A stretch of 64,000 nucleotides of DNA from NCBI GenBank assembly GCA_963842525.1, contig CAWJGT010000009.1:800001-864000 (forward strand). Reading direction: 5' to 3'. Position numbers and translations under genes: made by a program. The notes under the pieces are model-generated. The model saw only the letters and a list, made by a program, of their open reading frames with translations, ran no database searches and was not told the origin of the DNA. The stretch is from an uncultured Holophagales bacterium. Its GTDB lineage: Bacteria; Acidobacteriota; Thermoanaerobaculia; Multivoradales; UBA5704. Positions 1 to 9,884 of the stretch are shown here, in pieces. How positions within the stretch are numbered: the first letter of the stretch is position 1; each line of letters opens with the position of its first letter.

Positions 1-132
1 GATCTTCTTCGCTCCGCTGTCCAGAGCATCGTGGACCGCCTCGCGCAAGGCGAGATCGCTCTGCCCGATGGTGAGCTTCCCCTTGAGGTCCAGAATCGTC
101 ACGTCATCCCGTTGCCGCACGTTCACTGCCAT
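1..132 (-). CDS. STAS-domain anti-sigma factor antagonist (N-terminal part; runs off window)
   Basis: Manual translation from ATG at 132: MAVNVRQRDDVTILDLKGKLTIGQSEIALREAVHDALDSGAKKI. Directly downstream of the RsbW-like gene. Confidence 0.8.
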   Translation of the reverse strand, partial: MAVNVRQRDDVTILDLKGKLTIGQSDLALREAVHDALDSGAKKI

Positions 133-134
133 GT

Positions 135-596
135 TCAAAACCCTCCTGGTTCGCTCGCCGCGGACTTCTCCTGCGGACCGCCGAGACGTTTGCGCAACGT
201 CACCACCGTTCCGCCCCCTGGCCGAGCACCGTACTGAATCTGGTCCATGAAGCTCTTCATATAGAAAATGCCACGGCCGCTGGGCCGCAGCAGGTTCTCC
301 GGAGCGAGCGGATCCTCCAGGTTCGTGGGGTCGAACCCCGCGCCTTCGTCCGCGACCCGCACGACGAGGTCGTTCCCTTCGAGGAACAGGTCGATGTGGA
401 CCTGCTTCCCCGGGTCCTGGACGTTGCCGTGCTTGATGGCATTGGCGAGCGCCTCGCGCACCGCGAGGTCGACCCAATGGCGGCCGTCCTCGTCCACGCC
501 GAGCCGCTCCAGAGCGTCCCGGAGGACCACCTGGACCAGCTCGATGTTCTCGAAACGGCTGCCGACGTCCAGATGGAAGCGGTGATCTTCGGACAT
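135..596 (-). CDS. RsbW-like anti-sigma factor / HATPase_c serine kinase
   Basis: C-terminal 153 aa of ORF 135..1736 from ATG 596. Motifs EALANAIKHGN, DEGAGFD, SGRGIF. Confidence 0.88.
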   Translation of the reverse strand: MSEDHRFHLDVGSRFENIELVQVVLRDALERLGVDEDGRHWVDLAVREALANAIKHGNVQDPGKQVHIDLFLEGNDLVVRVADEGAGFDPTNLEDPLAPENLLRPSGRGIFYMKSFMDQIQYGARPGGGTVVTLRKRLGGPQEKSAASEPGGF

Positions 597-634
597 GCCT
601 TGCGGGCGCTCCAGTTCCTCGGGTGCGGAGTCTA

Positions 635-1696
635 TCAGAACCCCAGGAAGGCCGTGACCTTCGACCCCTGGGTTTCGAGGAGCTTCAGGACTCCGGGAAT
701 GATGACCAGGAGCTGCACGCCGTCGAACAGCACATGGGCCGCGATGGCCGGCCAGATGTTCTGCCGCCATTTCACCACGAAGGCGTAGATCAGCGACAGG
801 ATCGTGATGCCGATCAGCATGAAGGGCTGGCCGTAGGAGAAATGGGCGAGCACGAAGAAGCCGGTGGACAGCAGGATGCCCACCCGGGGCTGCAGGAAAC
901 CGCGGAAGAACCACTCCTCGACGAAGCCGGCCGAGAGGCTGATCAGCAGGCGCGCCACGATCGGCAGGCCGGCGATCCAGGGGACCAGGGCCGGCGGCTG
1001 CTTCGGCAGGGCCTTCTCCCCGCCCAGGGCAAGGATGAGCAGGCCGATCAGGATCACCCCGACGAACACGGCCGCCCAGGCCCCGATCCCCAGCACCAGC
1101 CCGAGCCCGATCTCCCGCGGCGCGCTCGGCGCCACGAAACCGAACTGGAGCGCGAACTGGCGGGCCAGAGAGGCGGGCGGCGGCGGGGGAACAGAGGCGG
1201 AGACGGGAGCCGCGAGCTCGGCCGGAGCCTCGGAGCCCCTCACCCCCGACCCCTCTCCCATCTCCCTCCCTTCCCCCGGGAGAGGGGAGAAAAACTGTCC
1301 ATCCTCCCTGCTGTCTCTCGTGTCGTCTTCCCCCCTCTCCCGGTCGGTGGGAGGGAGATGGGAGAGGGGCCGGGGGTGAGGGGCCCCCGCAAACCCGAGG
1401 GCGAACCAGATCAGGGTCACCACCACCATCACGGCATGGAGAAGGAAGAGCTGCGGCACCGTGAGCTGCGCGACGTCGATCTCCACCTCGCGCCCGATCA
1501 TGCCCAGGGGGCCGGTGATCCCCACCCAGAACATGACGGTCATCAGCAGGAAGGCGGTCATCCGCCGCCAGGGCTGGCGGAATCCGGGAGGGGTCAGCCC
1601 CTTGGCCTCGGTCATCCGGTCCAGCGCATAGGCCGCCAGGAGCGCGAGGATGCCGGGAACGCCGAACCGGAGGGAATCTTCGAGGACGGGGGACAT
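635..1696 (-). CDS. CPBP (CAAX/Abi) family intramembrane metalloprotease with in-frame palindromic-repeat insertion
   Basis: EEWFFRG, FVLAH and AHVLFD motifs; multiple TM segments. Confidence 0.85.
   Translation of the reverse strand: MSPVLEDSLRFGVPGILALLAAYALDRMTEAKGLTPPGFRQPWRRMTAFLLMTVMFWVGITGPLGMIGREVEIDVAQLTVPQLFLLHAVMVVVTLIWFALGFAGAPHPRPLSHLPPTDRERGEDDTRDSREDGQFFSPLPGEGREMGEGSGVRGSEAPAELAAPVSASVPPPPPASLARQFALQFGFVAPSAPREIGLGLVLGIGAWAAVFVGVILIGLLILALGGEKALPKQPPALVPWIAGLPIVARLLISLSAGFVEEWFFRGFLQPRVGILLSTGFFVLAHFSYGQPFMLIGITILSLIYAFVVKWRQNIWPAIAAHVLFDGVQLLVIIPGVLKLLETQGSKVTAFLGF
1236..1383. repeat. GC-rich palindromic repeat element (double, inverted) inside the CPBP gene
   Basis: CCCCTCACCCCCGACCCCTCTCCCATC...GATGGGAGAGGGGCCGGGGGTGAGGGG. 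Related copies at 4375, 15136, 42496, 43561. Confidence 0.85.
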
Positions 1697-1962
1697 CAGA
1701 TCCTCTGCTTCGACCGGAAGTTGCGCAGCACGACACCCGCCTGGTTGAGGCGCTGCATGCGCCGCTGCCGGAGCTGGATGCCCGGCTGGTCGTCGAGGCT
1801 CGGCTGGTCGCCCCGCAGCTCGCGCATATGGCGGTCCATCTCGAAGGTGAGCTGGTCGAGGTCGGCCTTGGTCAGGGTGCGGAAGGTCCGCTCGGTGACG
1901 AGCGAATAGCCCTCCGCGATGTCCCGCGCCATGGCCCAGGCACTGCCGCCGGGAAACGCCAT
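1696..1962 (-). CDS. small hypothetical protein (88 aa)
   Basis: MAFPGGSAWAMARDIAEG...RSKQRI. Stop overlaps the CPBP start; GC-rich coding-like codon usage. Confidence 0.65.
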   Translation of the reverse strand: MAFPGGSAWAMARDIAEGYSLVTERTFRTLTKADLDQLTFEMDRHMRELRGDQPSLDDQPGIQLRQRRMQRLNQAGVVLRNFRSKQRI

Positions 1963-2124
1963 GGCGGGGATCATACCGTGGAGAAGGACAGCCCCGCGAG
2001 GGGCCAGGTGCACGATGTTACCTCGTGCTATTATTTCCCCCGCGGTTCCCCGACCGCTAAAATTCTGCCCGCAAACGATCCCTCGGATCGTTCCGAGCCC
2101 ATAGAAGAGAAGGAGGAGTCCCTC

Positions 2125-3366
2125 TTGAGCCGCTTCCCAGGCGTCGATCTCATGGATCTCGACGCGCTCCTCACGGAAGAGGAGCGGCTGGTGCGCGATA
2201 CGGTGCGCGCCTTCGTCGACGACAAAGTCAAGCCGATCATCGAGGAGTGCCACCGCGACGCGCGCACCCCTCTCGAGCTGGTCCCCGACATGGGCGCCTT
2301 GAACCTGTTCGGCGCCAGTCTTTCTGAATATGGCCTCCCCGGCCTGGGCGGCGTCGCCTACGGCCTCATCATGCAGGAGCTCGAGCGCGGCGACTCCGGC
2401 CTGCGCAGCTTCGTGTCGGTCCAGAGCTCGCTCGTCATGTATCCGATCCACGCCTTCGGTTCCCAGGAGCAGAAGGACCGTTGGATCCCGGCCCTGGCCA
2501 GCGGCGAGGCCATCGGCTGCTTCGGCCTCACCGAGCCGGACTTCGGCTCCAACCCCGGCGGCATGCGCACCACCGCCCGCAAGGCCGGCAACGAGTGGGT
2601 CCTCAACGGCTCCAAGCAGTGGATCACCAACGGCACCCTGGCCGACGTCGCCGTGGTGTGGGCCAAGACCGAGGACGGCGTACGAGGCTTCGTCGTCGAG
2701 AAGGGGACCCCCGGCTTCACCTCCTCCGACCAGCACGGCAAGTTCTCGCTCCGCGCCTCGACCACCTCCGAGCTGGGCTTCCACGACTGCCGCATCCCGG
2801 CCGACAACCTGCTGCCGAAGACCACCGGGCTCAAGAACGCCCTGATGTGCCTCAACCAGGCGCGCTACGGCATCGCCTGGGGCGGCATCGGCTCGGCCAT
2901 GGAGACCTTCCACACCGCCCTGGAGTACTCCAAGCAGCGGATCCAGTTCAACGGCCAGCCCATCGCCTGCCACCAGCTCGTCCAGGAGAAGCTCGCCTGG
3001 ATGGCGACCGAGATCACCAAGGGCCAGCTCCTCAGCTACCAGCTCGGCCGCTTGAAGGACAACGGCAAGCTCAAGCACTGGCAGATCTCCATGGGCAAGC
3101 GCAACAACGTCTGGGTCGCCCGCGAATGCGCCAAGCTCGCCCGTGAGATCCTCGGCGCCAACGGTATCGTCGACGACTACCCGGTGATCCGCCACATGCT
3201 CAACATCGAGTCGGTCTACACCTATGAAGGGACCCACGACATCCACGCCCTGATCCTCGGCGAGGCGCTGACCGGCATCCCGGCCTACAACGCGCCCGAA
3301 CGGCCGGAGCGGGCGCCGCAGCATCAGGAGCAGCCGGAAACCGCGTCGGCAGGAGGCGCCCGGTAA
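2125..3366 (+). CDS. acyl-CoA dehydrogenase (glutaryl-CoA dehydrogenase-like)
   Basis: [25 protein letters not shown] motifs. TTG start after AGGAGG (2111). Confidence 0.9.
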   Translation: MSRFPGVDLMDLDALLTEEERLVRDTVRAFVDDKVKPIIEECHRDARTPLELVPDMGALNLFGASLSEYGLPGLGGVAYGLIMQELERGDSGLRSFVSVQSSLVMYPIHAFGSQEQKDRWIPALASGEAIGCFGLTEPDFGSNPGGMRTTARKAGNEWVLNGSKQWITNGTLADVAVVWAKTEDGVRGFVVEKGTPGFTSSDQHGKFSLRASTTSELGFHDCRIPADNLLPKTTGLKNALMCLNQARYGIAWGGIGSAMETFHTALEYSKQRIQFNGQPIACHQLVQEKLAWMATEITKGQLLSYQLGRLKDNGKLKHWQISMGKRNNVWVARECAKLAREILGANGIVDDYPVIRHMLNIESVYTYEGTHDIHALILGEALTGIPAYNAPERPERAPQHQEQPETASAGGAR

Positions 3367-4367
3367 TGGCCCTCGACCACCTCCTCGAGCAGGACTTCAT
3401 CCGCGTGACGGAGCAGGCGGCCATCGCGGCCGCCCGCACCATGGGGCTCGGCGACCGCCGCCACTCCGACCAGGTGGCGGTCGAGGCCATGCGCCGCGAG
3501 ATGGAGACCCTCCCCATGGATGGCCGCGTGGTCATCGGCGAGGGCGAGCGCGACAAGGCGCCCATGCTCTACGTCGGCGAGGAGCTGGGCTCGCTGCGCG
3601 GCAAGGACGGCGCCGCCGCGGTCGACATCGCGGTCGACCCTCTGGAAGGGACCAACCTCTGCGCCACCGGCTCGCCCGACGCCATCGCCGTGCTCGCCGC
3701 CTCCGAGCGGGGCGGCCTGCTCCACGCCCCGGATGTCTACATGGACAAGATCGTCGTCGGTCCCACGGCCCGCGGCCACATCCATATCGACGCCCCGGTG
3801 GCCGAGAATCTGCGCAATATCGCCTCCGCCTTCGCGCGCAAGGTGACCGACCTGACGGTCGTCGTGCTCGACCGTCCCCGGCATGCCCAGCTCATCGCCG
3901 ACATCCGCACGGCGGGAGCACGCATCCGGCTCATCTCGGACGGCGACCTCTCGGCCGGCGTCTCGGCGGCGGTGCGCGGCACGGGCGTCCACGCGGTCAT
4001 GGGGACCGGCGGCGCCCCGGAAGGAGTGATCACCGCCGCCGCCATGCGCTGCCTGGGCGGCGAGATCCAGGCGCGGTTCAGCCCGGAGGACGCTGGCGAC
4101 GACAAGCGGGAAGAGCAGGTCGAGCGCCTGAAGAAGCTCGGCTTCACCGACCTCAACAAGATCTACCGGACGGAAGAGCTGGCGCCGGGCGATGAGATCC
4201 TGTTCAGCTCGACCGGGGTGACCGACGGCGAGCTGCTGCGCGGCGTCCGCTTCTTCGGCGGCGGCTCGCGCACCACGACGCTGTTCATGTCGCTCTCGCG
4301 CAAGATCATCCGGTTCGTCGACACCATCCATCGCGAGCAGGTGACGACGCCGGTCCGATTCATTTGA
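3366..4367 (+). CDS. glpX: class II fructose-1,6-bisphosphatase
   Basis: [37 protein letters not shown] motifs. Confidence 0.95.
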   Translation: MALDHLLEQDFIRVTEQAAIAAARTMGLGDRRHSDQVAVEAMRREMETLPMDGRVVIGEGERDKAPMLYVGEELGSLRGKDGAAAVDIAVDPLEGTNLCATGSPDAIAVLAASERGGLLHAPDVYMDKIVVGPTARGHIHIDAPVAENLRNIASAFARKVTDLTVVVLDRPRHAQLIADIRTAGARIRLISDGDLSAGVSAAVRGTGVHAVMGTGGAPEGVITAAAMRCLGGEIQARFSPEDAGDDKREEQVERLKKLGFTDLNKIYRTEELAPGDEILFSSTGVTDGELLRGVRFFGGGSRTTTLFMSLSRKIIRFVDTIHREQVTTPVRFI

Positions 4368-4374
4368 TCCCGTT

Positions 4375-4420
4375 CCCTCACCCCCCGGCCCCCTCTCCCG
4401 TGCCGGGAGAGGGGGAGAAA
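4375..4420. repeat. palindromic repeat element (single unit, intergenic)
   Basis: CCCTCACCCCCCGGCCCCCTCTCCCGTGCCGGGAGAGGGGGAGAAA. Confidence 0.8.
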
Positions 4421-4445
4421 AGCAGGAGAGGCAGGAGAGACGCGT

Positions 4446-4934
4446 ATGATCAAGCCGGACCGCTGGATCCGCGAATGGGCCAGGAACGGCGGGGTGACGC
4501 CGTTCGAGGAGAGCCAGGTCAACGCCGCCAGCTACGACGTGCGGGTGAGCGACCACTGGATCTGCCCCACCCGCGACCCCGAGGAGCTCTGGGCCCCCCG
4601 CATCAAGCTCTTCCCCGGCGAGGTCGTCCTCGCCTCCACCATGGAGCACGTGCGCATCCCGCGCGACGTGGCCTGCGACCTCAAGCTCAAGTCGACCCTC
4701 GGCCGGGTCTGGATCAACCACTCCCTGGCCGGCTGGTGCGACCCCGGGTTCGAGGGCAACATCACCCTGGAGCTCCAGAACCTCGGTCCGCAGCCGTTCG
4801 TCCTCGAAGCGGGCAGGCGGATTGCACAACTGATCTTCATCGCGATGGAGTCCGAGCCCGAGGTCGCCTACGGCGAGCCCGGCTCGAGCAGCCACTACCA
4901 GGGCCAGAGAGGGACGACACCGGCCCGCGACTGA
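4446..4934 (+). CDS. dcd: dCTP deaminase
   Basis: ASYDVR, KSTLGR, DPGFEGNITLE, IAQLIF, YQGQ motifs. Confidence 0.9.
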   Translation: MIKPDRWIREWARNGGVTPFEESQVNAASYDVRVSDHWICPTRDPEELWAPRIKLFPGEVVLASTMEHVRIPRDVACDLKLKSTLGRVWINHSLAGWCDPGFEGNITLELQNLGPQPFVLEAGRRIAQLIFIAMESEPEVAYGEPGSSSHYQGQRGTTPARD

Positions 4935-5014
4935 AGCGCCTGAGATTGCTCCATGGTCATTGCAACCGTCGGCAGGACTTCCCCACCAGTCCCACCAGAT
5001 CATTCACGAAGCCC

Positions 5015-5020
5015 TATAAT
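5015..5020 (+). promoter_or_regulatory. putative sigma70 -10 box
   Basis: Perfect TATAAT 14 nt upstream of ATG 5034 in a GC-rich background. Confidence 0.4.
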
Positions 5021-5033
5021 TCCTCGGACCATT

Positions 5034-6176
5034 ATGGGGATCGTCGGGAACCTGCGAACGATGCAGCTCGAAGAGCTGCTGCAATGGCTCTCTCTGAGCA
5101 AGAAGAGCGGCACGCTGGAGGTCAATGCCGAGAAGGTGGCCAAGAAGGTCTACTTCAAGGACGGCCTGATCGTCGCCTCCTCCTCCAGCCGCCCCGAGGA
5201 GCACCTGGGGCACTTCCTGGTCAGCCACGGCCTGATCAACGAGGGCACCCTCTCGAAAGCCATCGAGCTCCAGGAGGCCTCCGGGATGCTCCTGGGCAAG
5301 ATCCTGGTCACCCGCGGCTGGCTGACCGAGAAGGACCTGCACGAGATGCTCCGCCTCAAGACCGAGGAGAGCATCTACGACATCTTCGCCTGGGAAGAGG
5401 GGGACTTCCAGTTCCTCGACGACGTGCTGCCCGATGGCGCGATGGTGCCGATGGCGCTCGACGTCACCGGCATCGTCATGGAGGGGGTGCAGCGGGTCGA
5501 CGAGCTGCGGCGGATCCGCAAGCTGATCCCCAACGAGAACGTGATCCCGGTGCAGATCGCCGAATTCATCACCAAGGGGCTGGACGCGGGCGAACGGCAG
5601 ATCCTCGACCTCGTCAACGACGAACGGACAGTCGAGGAGATCCGGCTGCAGACCCACTCGGCCGAGTTCCACGTCTGCCGCGTGCTCCACCGCCAGTGGC
5701 AGGAGGGGCGGCTCAAGGTCGTCAAGCCGCGCTGGCGGCAGGAGACCGGGGCCCATCCGGTGGCTGTCGTGGCGGCGGGCCCCCTGACCGCCGACACACT
5801 GGTCGAGGCCGGCCGCAAGTACATGGAGCAGGGGGACTTCGAGCCCGCCCTGCGCCACATGCGGGCCGCCCGCAGCCTCGAGCCGGACAACCACGATGTC
5901 CAGGACGCACTGGCCCAGGCCGAGAAGGCGATCCGCAACGAGATCGAGAAGTCAGGCGTCAGCTTGGCCGCGGTGCCCCAGCTCGCCGTCGCCGTCGAGC
6001 AGCTCACCGGCTCGAAGCTCTCCCCGCAGGAAGGCTTCCTGCTCACGCGCATCAACGGCAGCTACGACATCCAGTCGCTGCTCAAGATCACCCCCATTCC
6101 CCAGCTCGACGCCCTCCTCTCCTTCTGGAAGCTCACCCGCCAGGGGTTCATCCAGCTCAAAGCGGGGAAGAAGTAG
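5034..6176 (+). CDS. DUF4388-domain protein with TPR-like repeat
   Basis: GNLRTMQLEELLQWL..KKSGTL N-terminus, IFAWEEGDFQF, TPR-like helix pair, C-terminal LSPQEGFLLTRING. Confidence 0.8.
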   Translation: MGIVGNLRTMQLEELLQWLSLSKKSGTLEVNAEKVAKKVYFKDGLIVASSSSRPEEHLGHFLVSHGLINEGTLSKAIELQEASGMLLGKILVTRGWLTEKDLHEMLRLKTEESIYDIFAWEEGDFQFLDDVLPDGAMVPMALDVTGIVMEGVQRVDELRRIRKLIPNENVIPVQIAEFITKGLDAGERQILDLVNDERTVEEIRLQTHSAEFHVCRVLHRQWQEGRLKVVKPRWRQETGAHPVAVVAAGPLTADTLVEAGRKYMEQGDFEPALRHMRAARSLEPDNHDVQDALAQAEKAIRNEIEKSGVSLAAVPQLAVAVEQLTGSKLSPQEGFLLTRINGSYDIQSLLKITPIPQLDALLSFWKLTRQGFIQLKAGKK

Positions 6177-6243
6177 GGGGCGGACCGGCGGCCCATCAAC
6201 TGGGACGAGCGCCGGCCCGGGTTCGGATAAAATTGCGCAATAG

Positions 6244-7441
6244 CTATTGACAGAGATCGCCGCGGAGATTCTCGAAGCGGAATCTTTCGGAGGGAATCAG
6301 ACGGACCTGCTCCAACTCGTTTCGGAAGTCTCTCACAGCCGCTTTCACAAGCACAGCCCAATGGTCGGGGCCAGGTACGATCGTCAGATCGTTCGCCCGG
6401 GTCATCAAGACCGCTGTACCGACGACCCGCTCCTGCCCCGGCTTAGGATCGATCCTGCTGATCATCCAGCGGGACCCTTCACGCTCCGGAACTCGGAAGA
6501 CAAGATACAGATAACCGTCCCAGCCGAAGAGGCCGGCCGGCATCAGCGACTTCTCGATAGCCTGCATTACGACAGGTACATCCGCGCGGCTGAGCAGGTC
6601 CGGCAGGAGCGGCGCCGGCCTGCCCGCGAGTTCTTTCGGAAAGGCCTTTAACGGCTCGGCAGGCTGACCGGCCGAGGCGAAGCGGTAGATGCCCATCCCT
6701 TTGTCCACTGTCACAGCATAGGCAGTCTCGCCTACGGCAGCGATCATGGGATAGCCGAGTCGGTAGAAGATCCGCTCTGGAGCGCGCAACTTCCTCTGCG
6801 AGAGTATCTGAACCTCGGAGGGAATTCCCGGCGAAGAGCTTACGGGGAAACGCATGAACCCGCTGCTCCAGTTCGTCAGCTCGTCTTTGTTACCTCTGTA
6901 GAAATCGCCATACGCGACCACAAAGTCGCCTGCCATCTGCCAATCGAAGATACCCCCGACGTGAACCCACCCCCCCTTCACCGGCAGATCGACCGCACCC
7001 GCGCCTTCAACCATCTTCATCTGCCTCCGTTGGTCGACGGTCGCGAAGCGGTTCATGTCCATCTCGATGACCAGCGCTCGCTCCGGAGAGCCGCCGGCCT
7101 GAATCCGCCTTGGAAAGGAGTTGGTGAGTCCTACGGAAAACACCCGCGGAATCGCGACCTCGGCGCCAGGTTTCATCCTATAGTCGAGAATCTTGCGCTG
7201 AAAGGAGTCGGAGAGGAGCAGGTTTTCTGGGCCGTCCCACGCTCCGGAGACAACCCACTGAGGTGGGTTCTTCAGCTGGATCGACCGGCACGACCGCGCT
7301 GGCGCGCCCGCAGAAGTCCTCCCTTGCGCCAAAAGGGAGGGAGTCTCCGATCCAGAGCAACACCAAACACAGCAGCACGGCTAATGCTGCATAAGACCGC
7401 AATCGTTCACGGGAGCCGCCTCGCAGGCCGGTGGAAACCAC
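6244..7441 (-). CDS. probable secreted beta-rich hypothetical protein, apparent +1 frameshift near 7333
   Basis: 362-aa ORF 6244..7332. A signal-peptide-like segment (YAALAVLLCLVLLWIGDSLP) lies in the adjacent frame from GTG 7441; removing one T from CTTTTGG joins them. Confidence 0.5.
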
Positions 7442-8356
7442 ATGCTGACGGTTCCCCTCGAACCCGCCGTACAGAGGCGGATCTCTTCGCCGACGACCTG
7501 GGCCCTCCTCGTGACGATGCAGGGGCTCGAAGCCTCGCTGGGAAACATACCGATCAGGGAAACGAAAATGATGCCCCCCCCCGTTTTCTTCATCCTCTGC
7601 GAACAAAGCTTCATTCTCTCTCCTCCCTTCAGAGCGCATAGGTTTGCCTCCTGTTTCGGGACAGGTAGACCCCATCTCCGGTGGATTTGTTTAGATCGGG
7701 ATCGATTCTGGTCTGTGGGGAGGAGATTGAGAACAAGCCTCACGGCCGAAGAGGAGAGCACCACAGCAGCGGAGACAGCAAGCGAGGAGGCTTTCTGCTC
7801 GGCTTCACCGTTCGGAGCATACACGGTTCGGCTTCCTTTCCGATCCACACGCATGATCGCCGCCATCTACCCGACCGTCGCGTCGGCGGAGAGCCGTCTA
7901 TAGGCATCTGCTCCGATTCGCGAAGTACCTACCTCCTGACGAGCTCCCAGAACTGGGTCGACGACGACATCACTCTAAAGCTTAAAGGAGCAGGGCAATT
8001 TTAGTCAATGGCCCCTTTCAAGTCAAGAGCGCTCCTCCGGCGCTCCAACACAACGGAACAAGCGGTGGGCGGAGGGGATACTCGGGGCTAAATAAAGCCG
8101 TGACAGTAACTTACGCGCATAGTGGCAAGAGACAAATCACCTTAACGCGAGAGAGTTTAGTGAGCTACGGATGCGCATTTCTGCATCCAGGTTCAAGTCC
8201 AGTTCAAGCGCCGAGGCTCTAGGCGTTCTCGATGTCTAGCTCCTACACTCTTCGGAGAGTGCTATCCTAGCAGGCTGAAGTATAGCCCATGGGGCCGCCA
8301 GTGCCGCGAGAACCGGCGCCGGCTGCTCTTTTTTGAACGCCCCAGGAGGTCACCGC

Positions 8357-9877
8357 GTGTCGACCGAGCGAAGCGCAGCATGTTCCATAGCTGCTCTCAT
8401 GGTCTTTGGGGTCTTCCTGCTCCTCAGCTCATGCAAACCCAGCGCGGACGAATTACTTAGCTGGTCGCTGCCCACCGACCTGCCTGAGCACCAGACCCAT
8501 CTCAAGTTCCTCTACCTGCCGTCTGGGGTGAAGCGCCTCGACTGGCTGGCCCCAAACCTCGAGCACCTTGTCGCCCGGGGGGCTACCGCCGAAGGCCTCG
8601 CGGGCCTGCCCGAGGGACTCATCAGCCTCGATGTCGCTTATAGCCAAGTCCGGCAAATCGGGGCCCTTCCTCCCTCTTTGAGAAGGCTGGACCTCCGGTT
8701 CTCCGACGTCACAGACCTGCACGGCCTCCCAGTTGGAATCCAGTGGCTCGCTCTAGGAGGACCTCGCATCAAGTCTTTGGCAGGGGTCTCATCGTCAGTA
8801 CGCGAGCTGGTCTTGGAGGAGGCGCCCGCCTTACGGGGCCTCGAGAACCTTCCCCGCTCCCTCGAGGCCCTAACCCTGATCGGAGCGAGCTTCAACGATA
8901 TGATCGGAGCGCGCTTCAACGACCTCGGCGGCCTCCCGCCATCTCTGCGTAACCTTGAGCTTGATGGGACCCGCATTACGGAGCTCGCCGCCCTCCCGAA
9001 CTCTCTGCATCGTCTTGTGCTCAGAAACAACAGCCAGCTCCGTGGCGGCTCTGTATTACCTCGGTTTTTGACCAGCTTGACCGTTGACAATTACAGCGTC
9101 GGCAATCTTGCCAGCCTGCTTTATCTCACCGAGCTGGAGGTCAGCGGCAGGCCACTAGAGGAACAGCCGCTGCCGCCCTCCCTTCGCTCGCTCCGCCTCC
9201 ATAGGGTGCCTCTACCGCAAGACTTGCAAGAGCTTCGATCGCTCCGCAGCCTCGCGGTGGTTTGGCGCGGGGTGGACGATTTCGCCTCTCTGCCCCCCGC
9301 GCTCGAAACCCTGGAGCTGGAGTGGTCGAGCCTGCCCGAGCTCTCGGAATGCCCAGAGACGTGGAAACGTTTGAAGCATCTGAATCTCAGCTCCTCCGTT
9401 TTGAAGAGTCTCCCTCCGCTCCCTCTGGGGCTGGAGAGCCTTGACCTCAGCGCGACCGGCATTGCACAACTCGACGCCTTGAACGTAACGAAAATCAAGA
9501 ACCTCCGTTTCCGACAGGCGCCCTTCTCCATGCTACCCGAATTGCCAGAGACTCTTGAGTCTCTTGATCTGGCATATTCGCCAGACCTGCAGCAGGTCGC
9601 AAAGTGGCCGAATCGATTGGAAACACTGAACATCAGTTATACCAGAATCACCAGCCTGCAGGGTCTGCCATCATCGCTCAAGGTCCTCGACATCCGAGGA
9701 ACTCCGATTCACTCCCTTGCGGAGCTGCCTCAAGATCTCGGACTCGAGCGACTCATCCTGAGTCCGGGACAGTTTACGAAGCTCGATGGGCTGCCGGAGT
9801 CCGTCACCGCTCTCTGCTTTTTCGATCCTATTGGCACGGAGGAGGAGCAGTCGGAACCCGATTGCGGCCGGGAATGA
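8357..9877 (+). CDS. leucine-rich repeat lipoprotein (short bacterial LPxSLxxL type LRRs)
   Basis: About 20 LPxSLxxLxL repeats; lipobox LLSSC; AGGAGGT RBS before GTG 8357. Confidence 0.82.
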   Translation: MSTERSAACSIAALMVFGVFLLLSSCKPSADELLSWSLPTDLPEHQTHLKFLYLPSGVKRLDWLAPNLEHLVARGATAEGLAGLPEGLISLDVAYSQVRQIGALPPSLRRLDLRFSDVTDLHGLPVGIQWLALGGPRIKSLAGVSSSVRELVLEEAPALRGLENLPRSLEALTLIGASFNDMIGARFNDLGGLPPSLRNLELDGTRITELAALPNSLHRLVLRNNSQLRGGSVLPRFLTSLTVDNYSVGNLASLLYLTELEVSGRPLEEQPLPPSLRSLRLHRVPLPQDLQELRSLRSLAVVWRGVDDFASLPPALETLELEWSSLPELSECPETWKRLKHLNLSSSVLKSLPPLPLGLESLDLSATGIAQLDALNVTKIKNLRFRQAPFSMLPELPETLESLDLAYSPDLQQVAKWPNRLETLNISYTRITSLQGLPSSLKVLDIRGTPIHSLAELPQDLGLERLILSPGQFTKLDGLPESVTALCFFDPIGTEEEQSEPDCGRE

Positions 9878-9884
9878 TACCCTG

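Noticed and set aside
7381-7383. Stop-codon read-through joining ORFs 7381..7866 and 6244..7332
   Set aside because: The in-frame join gives an implausible sequence (PCCCVWCC); a one-base frameshift restoring a signal peptide is simpler.
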